A stretch of 60,434 nucleotides of DNA from Oligoflexales bacterium (GCA_947476525.1 CANJQY010000001.1:1-60434); one strand, 5' to 3'; positions 30,651-40,646 are shown, counted from the stretch's first letter. Translations and numbers: made by a program. Notes: generated by a model not told the origin, from the letters alone.

Positions 30651-31082
30651 ATGTTGGGCCATTTAACTTTTTTTAACGTTTTCGTAGCTTTACTCGGAGG
30701 CGCCTGTTTTGGCATACTCTTCAAAATTCCGATACGATATTTCGTGCACTCGACGGTTTTGGCTATGATTGCAAAATTGGGAGCCGGAGTGTTGGCCGAG
30801 AGGACTCATAATGGATTTGCGACGTTTGTGAGTGCCTTTGTCGTATGCGCCATCAGTCACGTATTTGCTCGCGCTTCAGGCAAGCCTGCACAAATATTTC
30901 TTATCCCCGGAATTATGTTTTTAGTTCCCGGTACTAGTATTTACAAGGCGTTCTCAGGGGCAATGACCGGTGATTTTAACAGCGCCATGACGCTCTCGGC
31001 ACAAGCCATTGTCGTGACGGTGTCGATTTCATTTGCGTTACTTTTAGCTAACTGGATTGTTCCAAGCCGCAAAAGCCTATAG
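30651..31082 (+). CDS. threonine/serine exporter family protein (DUF3815 part)
   Basis: 143 aa with 4 TM segments, 3 nt after the previous stop. This is the typical two-gene ThrE arrangement. Confidence 0.6.
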   Translation: MLGHLTFFNVFVALLGGACFGILFKIPIRYFVHSTVLAMIAKLGAGVLAERTHNGFATFVSAFVVCAISHVFARASGKPAQIFLIPGIMFLVPGTSIYKAFSGAMTGDFNSAMTLSAQAIVVTVSISFALLLANWIVPSRKSL

Positions 31083-31092
31083 GCAAATGTCA

Positions 31093-31635
31093 CTAGAACA
31101 TCATGACGTCGTCGACTTTTTCTTCTTCAGGCAGTCCTGGGATATATTTACGAATAATTTCTCGTTCACTCTGCATGGTAGTTAGTGCCAGCATGGCTGC
31201 ACCTACATTTGTCAACTGTTCTTCGGTAGGATTTGCACCGACTTCACCTCTAGCTGACAACCAGCCTCCCATAATTTTGCCGATGTTTTCCATTTGCTGA
31301 CGAATTGCATCCTGAAATTGCAACGCACCAATGATTGGCATAAGCGCATCGTTAACGCTGCGATGTTCTTTTACAAGTCCACACAAAACAGCGATGAAGC
31401 TACTGAGACCTTGACCTGAATTTTTTCGGCTAGCATCGCTCAAAACACCGTCAACTTTTTGCAAAGCAGTCTGTGTGTCTATAGACATTTTTGATATTCG
31501 GGTTGAATCGTTCAAAAGGATTTCCACAATGCCGGTGATCAATCGCACGGCCTCCTCACTATCATCGGTGCACTTTTTCATGATGCTTATTGAATAGGCA
31601 TGCACCGTTTCAAAATAATCAGTTTGGATTGTCAT
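31093..31635 (-). CDS. CheZ-like protein (180 aa; D-x3-Q motif and acidic C-terminal peptide)
   Basis: PIIGALQFQDAIRQQMENI parallels E. coli CheZ MAQDFQDLTGQVIKRM, with the same spacing between catalytic D and Q. The C-terminus EEEKVDDVMMF parallels the CheZ CheY-binding peptide QVDDLLDSLGF. Confidence 0.45.
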   Translation of the reverse strand: MTIQTDYFETVHAYSISIMKKCTDDSEEAVRLITGIVEILLNDSTRISKMSIDTQTALQKVDGVLSDASRKNSGQGLSSFIAVLCGLVKEHRSVNDALMPIIGALQFQDAIRQQMENIGKIMGGWLSARGEVGANPTEEQLTNVGAAMLALTTMQSEREIIRKYIPGLPEEEKVDDVMMF

Positions 31636-31696
31636 CTCCTGCCCCTTACTGCGGTCTAGTTAACTAAAGAATTGTCTACCAGAATGTCTCGCATTG

Positions 31697-32335
31697 TTAG
31701 GAAAATGCTTCGATCATCGTCATTTCATCCACGACATCTTTGGGAGCCTCTCGTTTAAGCACAACTGGATAAAACGCCTCTCTTTCGACCGAAGAGCTGA
31801 GACTTTTTCCAATTTTTTCAGCCACGGTTGAAACCTGCTCCTCAGTTGCAGGCATAGCTTCGAGGGACATTTCCCAGCAGTTAATCATCCTTGCCAAACG
31901 TTGTTTTAAAGAATCCGCAAATTGCATGCTCGAGAGAACTGGGACAAGCTTGTCTTTTAAGCCTGTTTCAAGTTGAATAATTGTTTCCAGCTGCTTTTGA
32001 ACACCGGAAAGCGAAAGGCGAGCTTGCTTTGCGGACTCATCCTCTTTTATGCTGCCGAAATCTTCGGCTGGAACACCGCCGGCCATTTTAGCTTGAATAG
32101 CGTCCATTAGATCATCCACTTCCCGGTTTACCGCTTCTTTACTTTCCGAAACGCCTTCTGTTCCAAAATAGAGATTATGAAAATCCGTAACGGCCTTTTG
32201 CTGTTCCACAGTCAGATAATCACCACTGCTATCCATGATTAATTTAACCGCGGAAGCAGCGCCTTCAGCAACCATTGCCGTCCACTCGTTTATAATTTTT
32301 AGAAATGCGTCATCCAATGTGTTTGGCTTTGACAT
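31697..32335 (-). CDS. CheZ-like protein (212 aa), paralog of the downstream gene
   Basis: PVLSSMQFADSLKQRLARM has the same D-x3-Q spacing. C-terminus DVVDEMTMIEAFS. Its length is similar to E. coli CheZ (214 aa). Confidence 0.4.
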   Translation of the reverse strand: MSKPNTLDDAFLKIINEWTAMVAEGAASAVKLIMDSSGDYLTVEQQKAVTDFHNLYFGTEGVSESKEAVNREVDDLMDAIQAKMAGGVPAEDFGSIKEDESAKQARLSLSGVQKQLETIIQLETGLKDKLVPVLSSMQFADSLKQRLARMINCWEMSLEAMPATEEQVSTVAEKIGKSLSSSVEREAFYPVVLKREAPKDVVDEMTMIEAFS

Positions 32336-32443
32336 GGCCGCTCCGAGAAATTCGTTAAAAATCGATGTAAAAACTCTCTAAATATCTTACCTCATGTCGG
32401 AGCCAAAATTAAAATTAACGACACAAAAAGATCATTTCAGCTT

Positions 32444-32465
32444 AAAAAATAGGCAAACCTTGCCT
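32444..32465 (-). terminator. Rho-independent terminator after the aldehyde dehydrogenase gene
   Basis: The minus strand reads AGGCAA-GGT-TTGCCT followed by ATTTTTT, about 20 nt after the stop at 32486. Confidence 0.6.
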
Positions 32466-32485
32466 CGTCGTGCAAAAAAGGCGCC

Positions 32486-34024
32486 TTAGATGTCAAACTT
32501 GATGCCTTGTGCGAGCGGCAACTGCCCAGAGTAATTGATAGTATTCGTTTGGCGCCGCATATAAGCTTTCCATGAATCGGAGCCTGACTCGCGTCCGCCC
32601 CCTGTCTCTTTTTCGCCACCGAACGCTCCACCGATTTCGGCCCCAGAGGTGCCGATATTTACATTAGCTATACCACAATCGGAGCCCCATGCGGCGAGGA
32701 ACGCTTCTGCCTGCAAGAGGTTATCAGTAAAAATAGACGAGCTCAGTCCTTGTTTGACGTCATTTTGCAGTGCGACTGCATTTTCTACCGCGCCTTCATA
32801 TCTCATGAGATACAAAATCGGCGCAAATGTTTCTTCTTGTACCACCGCCATCGAGTTTTTTGCTTCGACGATGGCTGGCCTGACGTAACATCCGGATGGA
32901 AAGCCATCAATGATCTCGCCGCCATAAATAATTTTGGCACCCTGTTCTTTTGCGTGACTGAGAGCTTTTTGCATCATTGTCACCGCATCCTTATCAATGA
33001 GTGGTCCAACATGATTTTTCTCGTCAAGTGGTGAACCGATGCGTAAACCTGTAAAGGCTTTGACGAGCATTTCTTTTACCTTATCGTACATTGAGGCATG
33101 CACAAATAGACGGCGAGTGGTCGTGCAACGTTGCCCACAGGTTCCGACGGCACCGAACACGATTCCAGGGGCTGCGATTTGGAGGTTGGCATTCTCGGTA
33201 AGAATTATCGCGTTGTTGCCGCCTAGCTCAAGCAGGGAACGGCCTAGTCGTTTGCCAACCACTTCTGCAACTCGTTTTCCAAGCCTGCAAGAACCTGTGG
33301 CAGAAATGAGTGGGACGCGTTCATCGGCAAGCATGGGCTCTCCAACTTCCGAAACATCACCTACGATCATCGCTAGAGTGCCTTCCGGCACATTGTTTGC
33401 GACGAGCACGTCTTTAATAATGTGAAAGCACGCAATGGCCGACAATGGTGTTTTTTCACTTGGCTTCCAAATTGAAACATCACCACAGACCATTGCAATC
33501 AAACTATTCCAAGCCCAGACGGCGACAGGAAAATTAAACGCCGATATGATGCCCACGATTCCGATCGGGTGCCATTGTTCGTACATGCGATGCCCCGGGC
33601 GTTCTGAGTGCATTGTCAAACCATACATTTGTCGAGAAAGCCCGACTGCGAAATCTGCGATGTCGATCATTTCTTGAACTTCTCCAAGACCCTCTTGGAG
33701 AGATTTTCCCATTTCATAGCTGACAAGTTTGCCGAGTGGCTGTTTAAATTCGCGAAGTTTGTTCCCAATTTGCCTGACGACTTCTCCACGTTGAGGCGCT
33801 GGAATTTTTCGCCACTCCACGAACGCTGCCTGTGATGCTGTCACAACCCCGTTGTAATCAGATTTAGAGGCCTTAAAAACTCGTCCAATTACTTTTCCAT
33901 CGACTGGACTTGTGCTCTCAAATGCACCATTTTTGCGAGAACCCCCAATTTTAGTGCCTGTGTGAACGCCGTCAACATCGCCGTGAATTCCTAAGACATC
34001 CAAAAAATCCATCGAAATAGTCAT
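32486..34024 (-). CDS. aldehyde dehydrogenase, ALDH7/antiquitin-like (alpha-aminoadipic/piperideine-6-carboxylate semialdehyde dehydrogenase type)
   Basis: The N-terminus matches the ALDH7 pattern (SPVDGKVIGRV..., WRKIPAPQRGEVVRQIG, GEVQEMIDIADFAVGLSRQ, PIGIVGIISAFNFPVAVWAWN). Catalytic ELGGNNA and GTCGQRCTT motifs. Start moved to the ATG at 34024. Confidence 0.85.
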   Translation of the reverse strand: MTISMDFLDVLGIHGDVDGVHTGTKIGGSRKNGAFESTSPVDGKVIGRVFKASKSDYNGVVTASQAAFVEWRKIPAPQRGEVVRQIGNKLREFKQPLGKLVSYEMGKSLQEGLGEVQEMIDIADFAVGLSRQMYGLTMHSERPGHRMYEQWHPIGIVGIISAFNFPVAVWAWNSLIAMVCGDVSIWKPSEKTPLSAIACFHIIKDVLVANNVPEGTLAMIVGDVSEVGEPMLADERVPLISATGSCRLGKRVAEVVGKRLGRSLLELGGNNAIILTENANLQIAAPGIVFGAVGTCGQRCTTTRRLFVHASMYDKVKEMLVKAFTGLRIGSPLDEKNHVGPLIDKDAVTMMQKALSHAKEQGAKIIYGGEIIDGFPSGCYVRPAIVEAKNSMAVVQEETFAPILYLMRYEGAVENAVALQNDVKQGLSSSIFTDNLLQAEAFLAAWGSDCGIANVNIGTSGAEIGGAFGGEKETGGGRESGSDSWKAYMRRQTNTINYSGQLPLAQGIKFDI

Positions 34025-34174
34025 AATTTTTCCCCAATTCCCAATTATTGGTGCATTTTTTCTAGAATCAGAGTGTAACCCTAAAATCGCTTCAAATTCT
34101 AGCAAGTTCCCTATAGTATTGCTTCGACTTTGCATTTTATTGTTCTCCCCCCTGGCTTACACCAAAGGACCTCG

Positions 34175-35410
34175 ATGTCTGCCCCCTTTCTTATTGCCTT
34201 TCGCTATCTTTTAGCAACACGGTCTAGCAGGTTTTTAACTTGGATGACCGTGCTTTCCGTTTCAGGGATAAGCATCGGCATTGCGGCGATGATTGTTGTT
34301 TTGTCTGTTATTGACGGGTTTGAAAGCGAACTCAAAGAGCGTTTTTTGGCTGCTAACGCCCATATTCTTGCCTTCAAATTCCCCGCGGGAATTGACTCGG
34401 GAGAACAATGGTCAAAAATGATTGCGGAAGATTTTGGCACTGAACTTACTGGTATTAGTCCCTTTATTCACTCTGAGACCATGGCGACAAAAGATGGCTT
34501 AATGCATAATATTTTAATTAAAGGAATTCATCCAATTTTGAAAAAAAAGGCTCAAGACTTGACTCCCTGGGTTTCTCCTAAAGGGTCCCTTGACGAGTTA
34601 ACCAAAAGCTTTGAACATCCAGAGCAGTATCCGTATCCGAATCCGAAGCCCATTATTATTGGTGCGGGCCTGCTATCAATTCTTCAAAGCAAGGTTGGCG
34701 AGACGATTAAGTTGGTCACGCCAGATTCAAAAGATCTGGGCGAAATGCGCGAATTTAGAGTGGTTGGAGTTTACGATTCAGGAAATCGGCACTACGACGA
34801 TAAACTTGGAATTCTGGCGATCAATGACGCGCAGGATTTTTTCGGCATGAAAAATCGCGTGCACGGCTTAGAGATAGGACTAAAAAGACCGGATGATTCA
34901 CAGAAAATAGCTGATAAAATGAAAACTAAATATGCCCTGACGATTAAAGAGTGGCAGTCGTTTAACAGACAAATGTTTGAAGTTATGGAGATGGAACGGG
35001 CCGTTATTGGTTTGATCGTGGGCCTTGTAGGCTTTGTCGCCAGCTTCAACATTTTGACAACTCTATTTGTTTCCGTGACTCAGAAACAAAAGTCGATTTC
35101 GATTATCAAGGCCCTTGGCGGAACAAATTGGGATATTCAGAAAGTTTTTCTATTTCAAGGGCTCTTTATTGGCATCCTCGGTGGAAGCTTGGGAGCCGCC
35201 TTTGCTTTTATTATCAGTAAAATCCTCGAAAAGTATGAGCTCGTTGCCCTACCGGATCTTTACCTACTTTCAAAATTACCGCTTACATATTACCCATCGG
35301 TTTACGGCACTGTCGCCGTTTCCGGCTGCTTGATTTGCGTCTTAGCTGGAATTTACCCTGCTTGGGTTGCCAGCAAAACGAATATCATCAGAGGTTTTAC
35401 TGGGCGCTAA
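34175..35410 (+). CDS. LolC/LolE-family (FtsX/MacB-type) lipoprotein-release permease
   Basis: FLIAFRYLLATRSSRFLTWMTVLSVSGISIGIAAMIVVLSV, a large periplasmic loop, and a C-terminal FtsX-type 3 TM region. There is no adjacent lolD. Confidence 0.8.
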   Translation: MSAPFLIAFRYLLATRSSRFLTWMTVLSVSGISIGIAAMIVVLSVIDGFESELKERFLAANAHILAFKFPAGIDSGEQWSKMIAEDFGTELTGISPFIHSETMATKDGLMHNILIKGIHPILKKKAQDLTPWVSPKGSLDELTKSFEHPEQYPYPNPKPIIIGAGLLSILQSKVGETIKLVTPDSKDLGEMREFRVVGVYDSGNRHYDDKLGILAINDAQDFFGMKNRVHGLEIGLKRPDDSQKIADKMKTKYALTIKEWQSFNRQMFEVMEMERAVIGLIVGLVGFVASFNILTTLFVSVTQKQKSISIIKALGGTNWDIQKVFLFQGLFIGILGGSLGAAFAFIISKILEKYELVALPDLYLLSKLPLTYYPSVYGTVAVSGCLICVLAGIYPAWVASKTNIIRGFTGR

Positions 35411-35508
35411 GCGAACTTGTTCATAGTTGCGACTGAGGACGGCAAAATAGATACTGTTTCAAAATAAATTATTGCTGAATAATTCTCGAATATTTGTAAT
35501 AATTAGCT

Positions 35509-36429
35509 GTGCAAACCTTGACGGGACGGGTAGGTGTCGTGACTAAGTATAAAAAGAAAAAACCAACGTCTAAAGACGCCTCTACGGAAGTTGCGGAGCC
35601 TACCGCTGCTCCGTCCGGCACTAACAAATCCACTGAAGTTGGTGTTGGTTCTGGTGTTGGCAATGCTGTGGCCACAACTGCTCCTAAAAAGCCAAAACGC
35701 CTTGCCACTGGCTCTATCAAACTGCAGTTTGCGGGAGATTTAATCCTTGTTAAAAATTCCGAGAAGGCGCTAAGTGGTTTTTTTAAACGCTATGCCTCAC
35801 TATTTGAAGCCCTTGCAAATATGCCGAAAGATCAACGCGGACTTGTTTACAAAATAATGACAGGGTTGATGCTGACTAGCCACGCTAAAAAATCAAATGA
35901 CACGGTCTTAAAGCGAAAATTATTCGACCTCAAAAACGAGCTCTTCTTGAGGATTGCAAATGACCGAAGCCTTCGCCAGCAAATAGAATTTAAGTATCTG
36001 GCCACGAGAAATTTTCGCGTACTGAAATATTGTGCTGCATGCTCCGTGGCAAATACGGCCCTTGGGGTCGACCGCTTCAAATGGAAATACTGTAAAAAAT
36101 GTGAGGTAGATCACAATTTTTACAATCTGTTGTCCCTAGAGTTTCGCTTTGCAAAAGGCTTTGCCAGGATGTTCATTTCTAATGACCAGGTCAGAAATAT
36201 CGAAAATTTCAAGGTGCCGCCTCGCATTAAGTCTGACTCTTTAGCCGAGGAAGCCATTGTCGACCAATTTCATTATAACTCACGAAATCTCGACGCAATT
36301 GATCTCGATTCCATTATAAAATTACATGGAAAATTACTTGCCGTAGCCCCTCCGCCAAAAAGTACAAAAACTTTATCGGCGAGTCCTTCAGTCGTGACTA
36401 AAAATCCTGTGAAAAAATCCGCCAGGTGA
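35509..36429 (+). CDS. hypothetical protein with a Lys-rich N-terminus and a CxxC...CxxC zinc-ribbon-like motif
   Basis: KYKKKKPTSKD..., CAACSVANTALGVDRFKWKYCKKC. GTG start (35509 or 35539). The 3' end overlaps the convergent dnaJ by 42 nt. Confidence 0.5.
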   Translation: MQTLTGRVGVVTKYKKKKPTSKDASTEVAEPTAAPSGTNKSTEVGVGSGVGNAVATTAPKKPKRLATGSIKLQFAGDLILVKNSEKALSGFFKRYASLFEALANMPKDQRGLVYKIMTGLMLTSHAKKSNDTVLKRKLFDLKNELFLRIANDRSLRQQIEFKYLATRNFRVLKYCAACSVANTALGVDRFKWKYCKKCEVDHNFYNLLSLEFRFAKGFARMFISNDQVRNIENFKVPPRIKSDSLAEEAIVDQFHYNSRNLDAIDLDSIIKLHGKLLAVAPPPKSTKTLSASPSVVTKNPVKKSAR

Positions 36430-37485
36430 TGACAGTGTTTCTTCCTTGGAAATCTCTGCGTACTTGAGCAGAATTTCTCGCTGCTCTTTGGTTAACTTTT
36501 TCGGCACGACGACCCGCATTTCAACATGCATGTCCCCACGCCCAACGCCCTTTAAATGGGGCACACCAGACCCAGCCAGAGTAAGTCGCTCTCCTGACTG
36601 AGTGCCCGAGGGAACATCGACTTCAATTTCGCCGTCCAATGTTTTTACTGTGAGCTTGCAGCCCAAGGACGCCTGCGCAATCCCGATCTGCTGCTCCACA
36701 ATAAGATCCAAGCCATCTCGCACAAAGCGTTCACTTTCCTTCACATGTAAAACGACGTACAAGTCACCGCTCGGTCCGCCTGCGGGTCCAGGCTCGCCTT
36801 CACCCGAAAGCCTAAGCCTAACCCCAGTGTCGACGCCAGCAGGTACTTTCACTGCCAATTTTTTCTTTTTGTTCATCCGACCTTGCCCGCGGCAACCGTC
36901 GCAAGGTTTCTCGATGGTAGAGCCCTGACCGGCACAGGTAGGGCACACCATTCGCACAGCGAAAAAGCCTTGGGTACGGTTCACTTGACCATGCCCTGCA
37001 CATGTACGACACGTGTTTCTGCTGCTTCCTGCCTTGGCCCCAGTGCCACTGCAAGCGTCGCAGCGAACCGGGCGTTCAATTTCAACTTCCCGCTCGACAC
37101 CGAACACAGCCTCCTCAAATTCTATGGCCATGTCGTATCGAAGGTCCGAACCACGTTTGGCCCCGCCCCTTTGTTGTCCGCCTCCGCCCATGCCAAAAAA
37201 ATCTTCGAAAATAGAACCGAAACTGGAGAATATGTCGTTAACGTCCTGAAACCCTTGATTACCGACGCCTTGGTGGCCAAAACGGTCGTATTTAGCGCGC
37301 TTATCTGAATCTGATAGAACTTCGTAAGCTTCACTAGCCTCTTTAAATTTGTCTTCCGCAGATTTATCGTCCGGATTGCGATCTGGGTGATATTTCATCG
37401 CAAGCTTGCGGTAAGCAGCCTTCACGTCTGAGGCTCCTGACTCTTTTGCGACGCCCAAAATTTCGTAATAATCTCGTTTTGCCAC
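36388..37485 (-). CDS. dnaJ: molecular chaperone DnaJ
   Basis: J domain with HPDRNP, a G/F-rich linker, and four CxxCxGxG repeats (CDACSGTG, CRTCAGHG, CPTCAGQG, CDGCRGQG). Confidence 0.95.
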   Translation of the reverse strand: MAKRDYYEILGVAKESGASDVKAAYRKLAMKYHPDRNPDDKSAEDKFKEASEAYEVLSDSDKRAKYDRFGHQGVGNQGFQDVNDIFSSFGSIFEDFFGMGGGGQQRGGAKRGSDLRYDMAIEFEEAVFGVEREVEIERPVRCDACSGTGAKAGSSRNTCRTCAGHGQVNRTQGFFAVRMVCPTCAGQGSTIEKPCDGCRGQGRMNKKKKLAVKVPAGVDTGVRLRLSGEGEPGPAGGPSGDLYVVLHVKESERFVRDGLDLIVEQQIGIAQASLGCKLTVKTLDGEIEVDVPSGTQSGERLTLAGSGVPHLKGVGRGDMHVEMRVVVPKKLTKEQREILLKYAEISKEETLSSPGGFFHRIFSHD

Positions 37486-37612
37486 GATTTGAAGACCTCT
37501 ATCCGTATATTATTTATGACTCTAATTGGAAACTAATGGGAAACTAATAGGACGCTAATGCGTCCCTTGCGATCAACAACTGCACAAAGATCGGCTCAGA
37601 TCCTAACTCATT

Positions 37613-38434
37613 TTAGCCACCAAAGCTATGCTCGGCGGTTGGAAATTTTCTAAGTTTAACGTCCTGATCGAAACTCGACAGGGAATCCCCTATAATTTTA
37701 TTCAAGTTCGCATATTTTTTCAGGAATTTTGGATTAAATGAACCATCAAAGCCAAGGAGGTCATGCATTACAAGAACTTGACCGTCGCACCCTACGCCGG
37801 CTCCAATGCCAATGGTAGGAACCATTAAAGACTTTGAAACAGCCCTGGCCACAGATGCAGGAATCATCTCTAAAACTACGCAGAAAGCTCCGGCATCTTG
37901 CAGTGCTTTTGCGTCAGAAAGCAGCCTTTTTTGCTCTTCTTTTTCCTTCGCCTGGACCTTGTAGCCGCTCAATGCGTGAACACTTTGTGGCGTCAATCCT
38001 AGATGGCCAATCACCGGTATTCCCGCCGCAACCAACGCTGACACCTGAGTACAAATGGACTCGCCACCCTCCAATTTCACACCGTGAGCACCGCCTAGTT
38101 GCATCAGTTTAGCGGCATTTCTTAGGGCGTCGTCACGTGTGGCGTAAGTCATAAATGGCATATCGGCTGCCACAAACGGCCGTTTAACCACTCTTGTGAC
38201 CGCGGCCGTGTGGTGAATCATATCGTCAAGTGTCACGGGAATTGTAGACTCATAGCCCAAAAGAACATTACCAAGACTATCTCCGACTAGCACCATGTCG
38301 ATGGTGGATACTTCAACGATCCTTCCAAAAGCAGAGTCGTAGCACGTCACCATGCTAATGGCTTCACCTGCAACCTTCTTATTCAAAAGTGCGGCGACTG
38401 TAACTGGCAGTGATTTGGAATTTATATGGCTCAT
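37613..38434 (-). CDS. panB: 3-methyl-2-oxobutanoate hydroxymethyltransferase
   Basis: VTCYDSAFGRIV, GAHGVKLEGG and IGHLGLTPQS motifs. Start moved to the ATG at 38434, preceded by GGAGGG. Confidence 0.9.
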   Translation of the reverse strand: MSHINSKSLPVTVAALLNKKVAGEAISMVTCYDSAFGRIVEVSTIDMVLVGDSLGNVLLGYESTIPVTLDDMIHHTAAVTRVVKRPFVAADMPFMTYATRDDALRNAAKLMQLGGAHGVKLEGGESICTQVSALVAAGIPVIGHLGLTPQSVHALSGYKVQAKEKEEQKRLLSDAKALQDAGAFCVVLEMIPASVARAVSKSLMVPTIGIGAGVGCDGQVLVMHDLLGFDGSFNPKFLKKYANLNKIIGDSLSSFDQDVKLRKFPTAEHSFGG

Positions 38435-38470
38435 ACTGGCACCCTCCGTGAAACTCACATATACTAATAA

Positions 38471-38500
38471 AACAATGATAAACACAATGATAAACACAAT
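38471..38500. repeat. 12-bp tandem repeat (GATAAACACAAT x2 plus a partial copy) upstream of panB
   Basis: Read directly: AACAAT GATAAACACAAT GATAAACACAAT. Confidence 0.7.
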
Positions 38501-38555
38501 GCCAATCGGCACAACGCTCATCACACGATGATCTTGAGATAAGGAGTCCCAGACT

Positions 38556-39215
38556 TTGGATTTATTTACCCCACTAGACCAATATTGTGAGCGAACAGGC
38601 GTTGGGTTTTGGAACGAACCTCTAAATTTGTTATCAAATTTCGGCTTTATTATAAGTGGGTTGATAATTTTAAGGATTTTAAAGTCAAGCCACTACAAAC
38701 AAAAGCCCGTCGGTTCGTCGTTTCTAGGGATCTTGATGATTGTAATCGGCCTTGGGAGCGCCCTTTTTCATAGCTTTGCGAATGTTTGGTCTATGTGGGC
38801 CGATATCATTCCGATATCGATATTTGTAGTCTCCTACCTTTTTCTTTTTCTGCGCTACACTGCTGGTGCGTCGCTTCCCAAGACCATTGTGCTGTTATGT
38901 AGTTTTGGAGCGCTATCTGCGCTCATCGCCGTGATTTCTGACCATCAAATGGCCAACGGCGGCGAAGCCTACTTCGGGGTTTGGGTCGCGCTATTTGGAA
39001 TTTCATGCTTTTACGCAGGTCGCAGGCAGCCGCTCAATCAATGGCGTATTTCGTTTGCAGCCGTGGCCTTTTCTATATCTCTATTTATGCGCACAGTTGA
39101 CTTAAAATATTGTGAAGCTTGGCCCACAGGGACTCATGTCTTCTGGCACTTGCTAAATAGTTTTGTAATTTTCATGCTGACAAGCGCCTACATTTCCGAG
39201 CGTGCCAGATCTTGA
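38556..39215 (+). CDS. ceramidase-family (alkaline phytoceramidase-like) membrane protein
   Basis: N-terminal QYCERTGVGFWNEPLNLLSNFGFII matches the ceramidase family pattern. 6-7 TM segments. TTG start with AAGGAG upstream. Confidence 0.6.
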   Translation: MDLFTPLDQYCERTGVGFWNEPLNLLSNFGFIISGLIILRILKSSHYKQKPVGSSFLGILMIVIGLGSALFHSFANVWSMWADIIPISIFVVSYLFLFLRYTAGASLPKTIVLLCSFGALSALIAVISDHQMANGGEAYFGVWVALFGISCFYAGRRQPLNQWRISFAAVAFSISLFMRTVDLKYCEAWPTGTHVFWHLLNSFVIFMLTSAYISERARS

Positions 39216-39584
39216 ACGCACGAATCCCTTAGGGTGAGAACCTTGGGTCTGGTTTTTGTGATGTGAATTTGGAAGATTTGGGGGAGGAGATTCGAATGGG
39301 ACGCTGAAGGGAAATTCTCGTGCGTTGCGTCATTCTCTATTAAGCAATTGACGTGCCAAGTTCCGAAGATTTCTGATGCATGATTGAACAATTTAAAAAT
39401 ATTCCGTTGTTTCATCGACATACAGCCCTTGTGCGGCTTTGATTTGCGTCGGTCTAGAGCTTTTTTGCGGCAAGCAGCCTCGCTCATGATTAAACCGGTA
39501 CACAATTGATACCAGCCAAACGTGGTTTTAGATACCACTTGCGGCAATTAAAGCAATTGTTGACCCTAGCGCTCAAAGCCAGCA

Positions 39585-40646
39585 TCAATCAATGTAAACT
39601 GGCTCCTGCACAAGCTCGACTCCAAACATTTCTCGAACCTGCTTTTGAATATGAGCTGCCAACGCTAAAACATCCGCAGTGCTCGCCGTAGAGGGATTTG
39701 TGAGCGCTAAAACATGCTTTGTTGAGACTCGCGCACCATGGATTTGGTCCCCTTTTTTTACGCCTGAATTTTCGATGAGCCACGCAGCAGAAAGTTTCCA
39801 CAGGTTGTCCCCAACACTATGGGCCGTGGGTTGCGGCAGCAACGCTTTTTTAGCCGCTAAAGAAAAAATACGCGCTTTTTCGTCCGTCGATACAATTGGA
39901 TTTAGAAAAAAACTCCCTAGACTATTGGTGTCAGGATCAGAAATATCTAGCACCATACCCTTAGAGGAGCGAATTTTTATTACGTGCTCACGCACTGCCA
40001 TGATTTTTTGCACACGGCCCCCGCCGAGCCAACGAGGATCTGCCGCGAGTGATTTTTGTAATTCGTCATATTGAGGGTTAGGCGTGGATGATCCGCTAAG
40101 TTTAAATGTGACTTCAGTGATAATCCAGTGGCCTTTTTCAGAAGATTTAAACCGACTCTGACGATAGGCAAAGGCGCATTCGGCTGCCGAAAATATCCTC
40201 GCCGAAAATGACGCGATGTTCACCGCTCTTACTTCGACTATTGTTTCGCAAACCTCTTGCCCGTAAGCACCTACGTTTTGGACCGGAGTCGCGCCAACTT
40301 TTCCGGGAATTCCAGACATCGACTCTAGGCCGGAAAGACCGCGCACACACGTCTCTTCAACAAATTTGTCCCAGTCGACTCCCGCTCCTGCCACCACCAA
40401 ACCAGAATCGCCAAAATGCAAATGGTCTAAGGCCACCTGTATCACTAATCCTAGGAATCCGTTATCGGAAACTAACAAGTTACTACCAGCACCAAGAACT
40501 AAAACTTTCAATTGATTGGTTGCCGCGAAGGCCAAGGCATCAACAATAGCAGACTCTGTCTTACACGTTACAAACCAGCGTGCGGGACCACCCGTACGAA
40601 TCGTTGTGTAGGTGCTTAGCGATACGTTTTCTTGTGGTGAGATCAT
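39585..40646 (-). CDS. murB: UDP-N-acetylenolpyruvoylglucosamine reductase
   Basis: YTTIRTGGPARWF, LGAGSNLL and LGSFFLNP motifs. The length is typical of long-form MurB. Confidence 0.9.
   Translation of the reverse strand: MISPQENVSLSTYTTIRTGGPARWFVTCKTESAIVDALAFAATNQLKVLVLGAGSNLLVSDNGFLGLVIQVALDHLHFGDSGLVVAGAGVDWDKFVEETCVRGLSGLESMSGIPGKVGATPVQNVGAYGQEVCETIVEVRAVNIASFSARIFSAAECAFAYRQSRFKSSEKGHWIITEVTFKLSGSSTPNPQYDELQKSLAADPRWLGGGRVQKIMAVREHVIKIRSSKGMVLDISDPDTNSLGSFFLNPIVSTDEKARIFSLAAKKALLPQPTAHSVGDNLWKLSAAWLIENSGVKKGDQIHGARVSTKHVLALTNPSTASTADVLALAAHIQKQVREMFGVELVQEPVYID

Noticed and set aside
37613-38524. Long form of PanB with an N-terminal transmembrane segment (MMSVVPIGIVFIIVFIIVLLVY).
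   Set aside because: No RBS precedes the 38524/38521 starts, whereas the ATG at 38434 has GGAGGG upstream. The hydrophobic extension is simply the translation of a 12-bp tandem repeat. PanB is a soluble enzyme.
39188-39547. A 119-aa minus-strand ORF in the 370-bp gap between the ceramidase-family gene and murB.
   Set aside because: It overlaps the ceramidase gene's 3' end, has no RBS, has an odd composition and matches no recognisable family. The short plus-strand FKNIPLF peptide (cNMP-domain-like) is only about 20 codons. I treat the region as non-coding or decayed.
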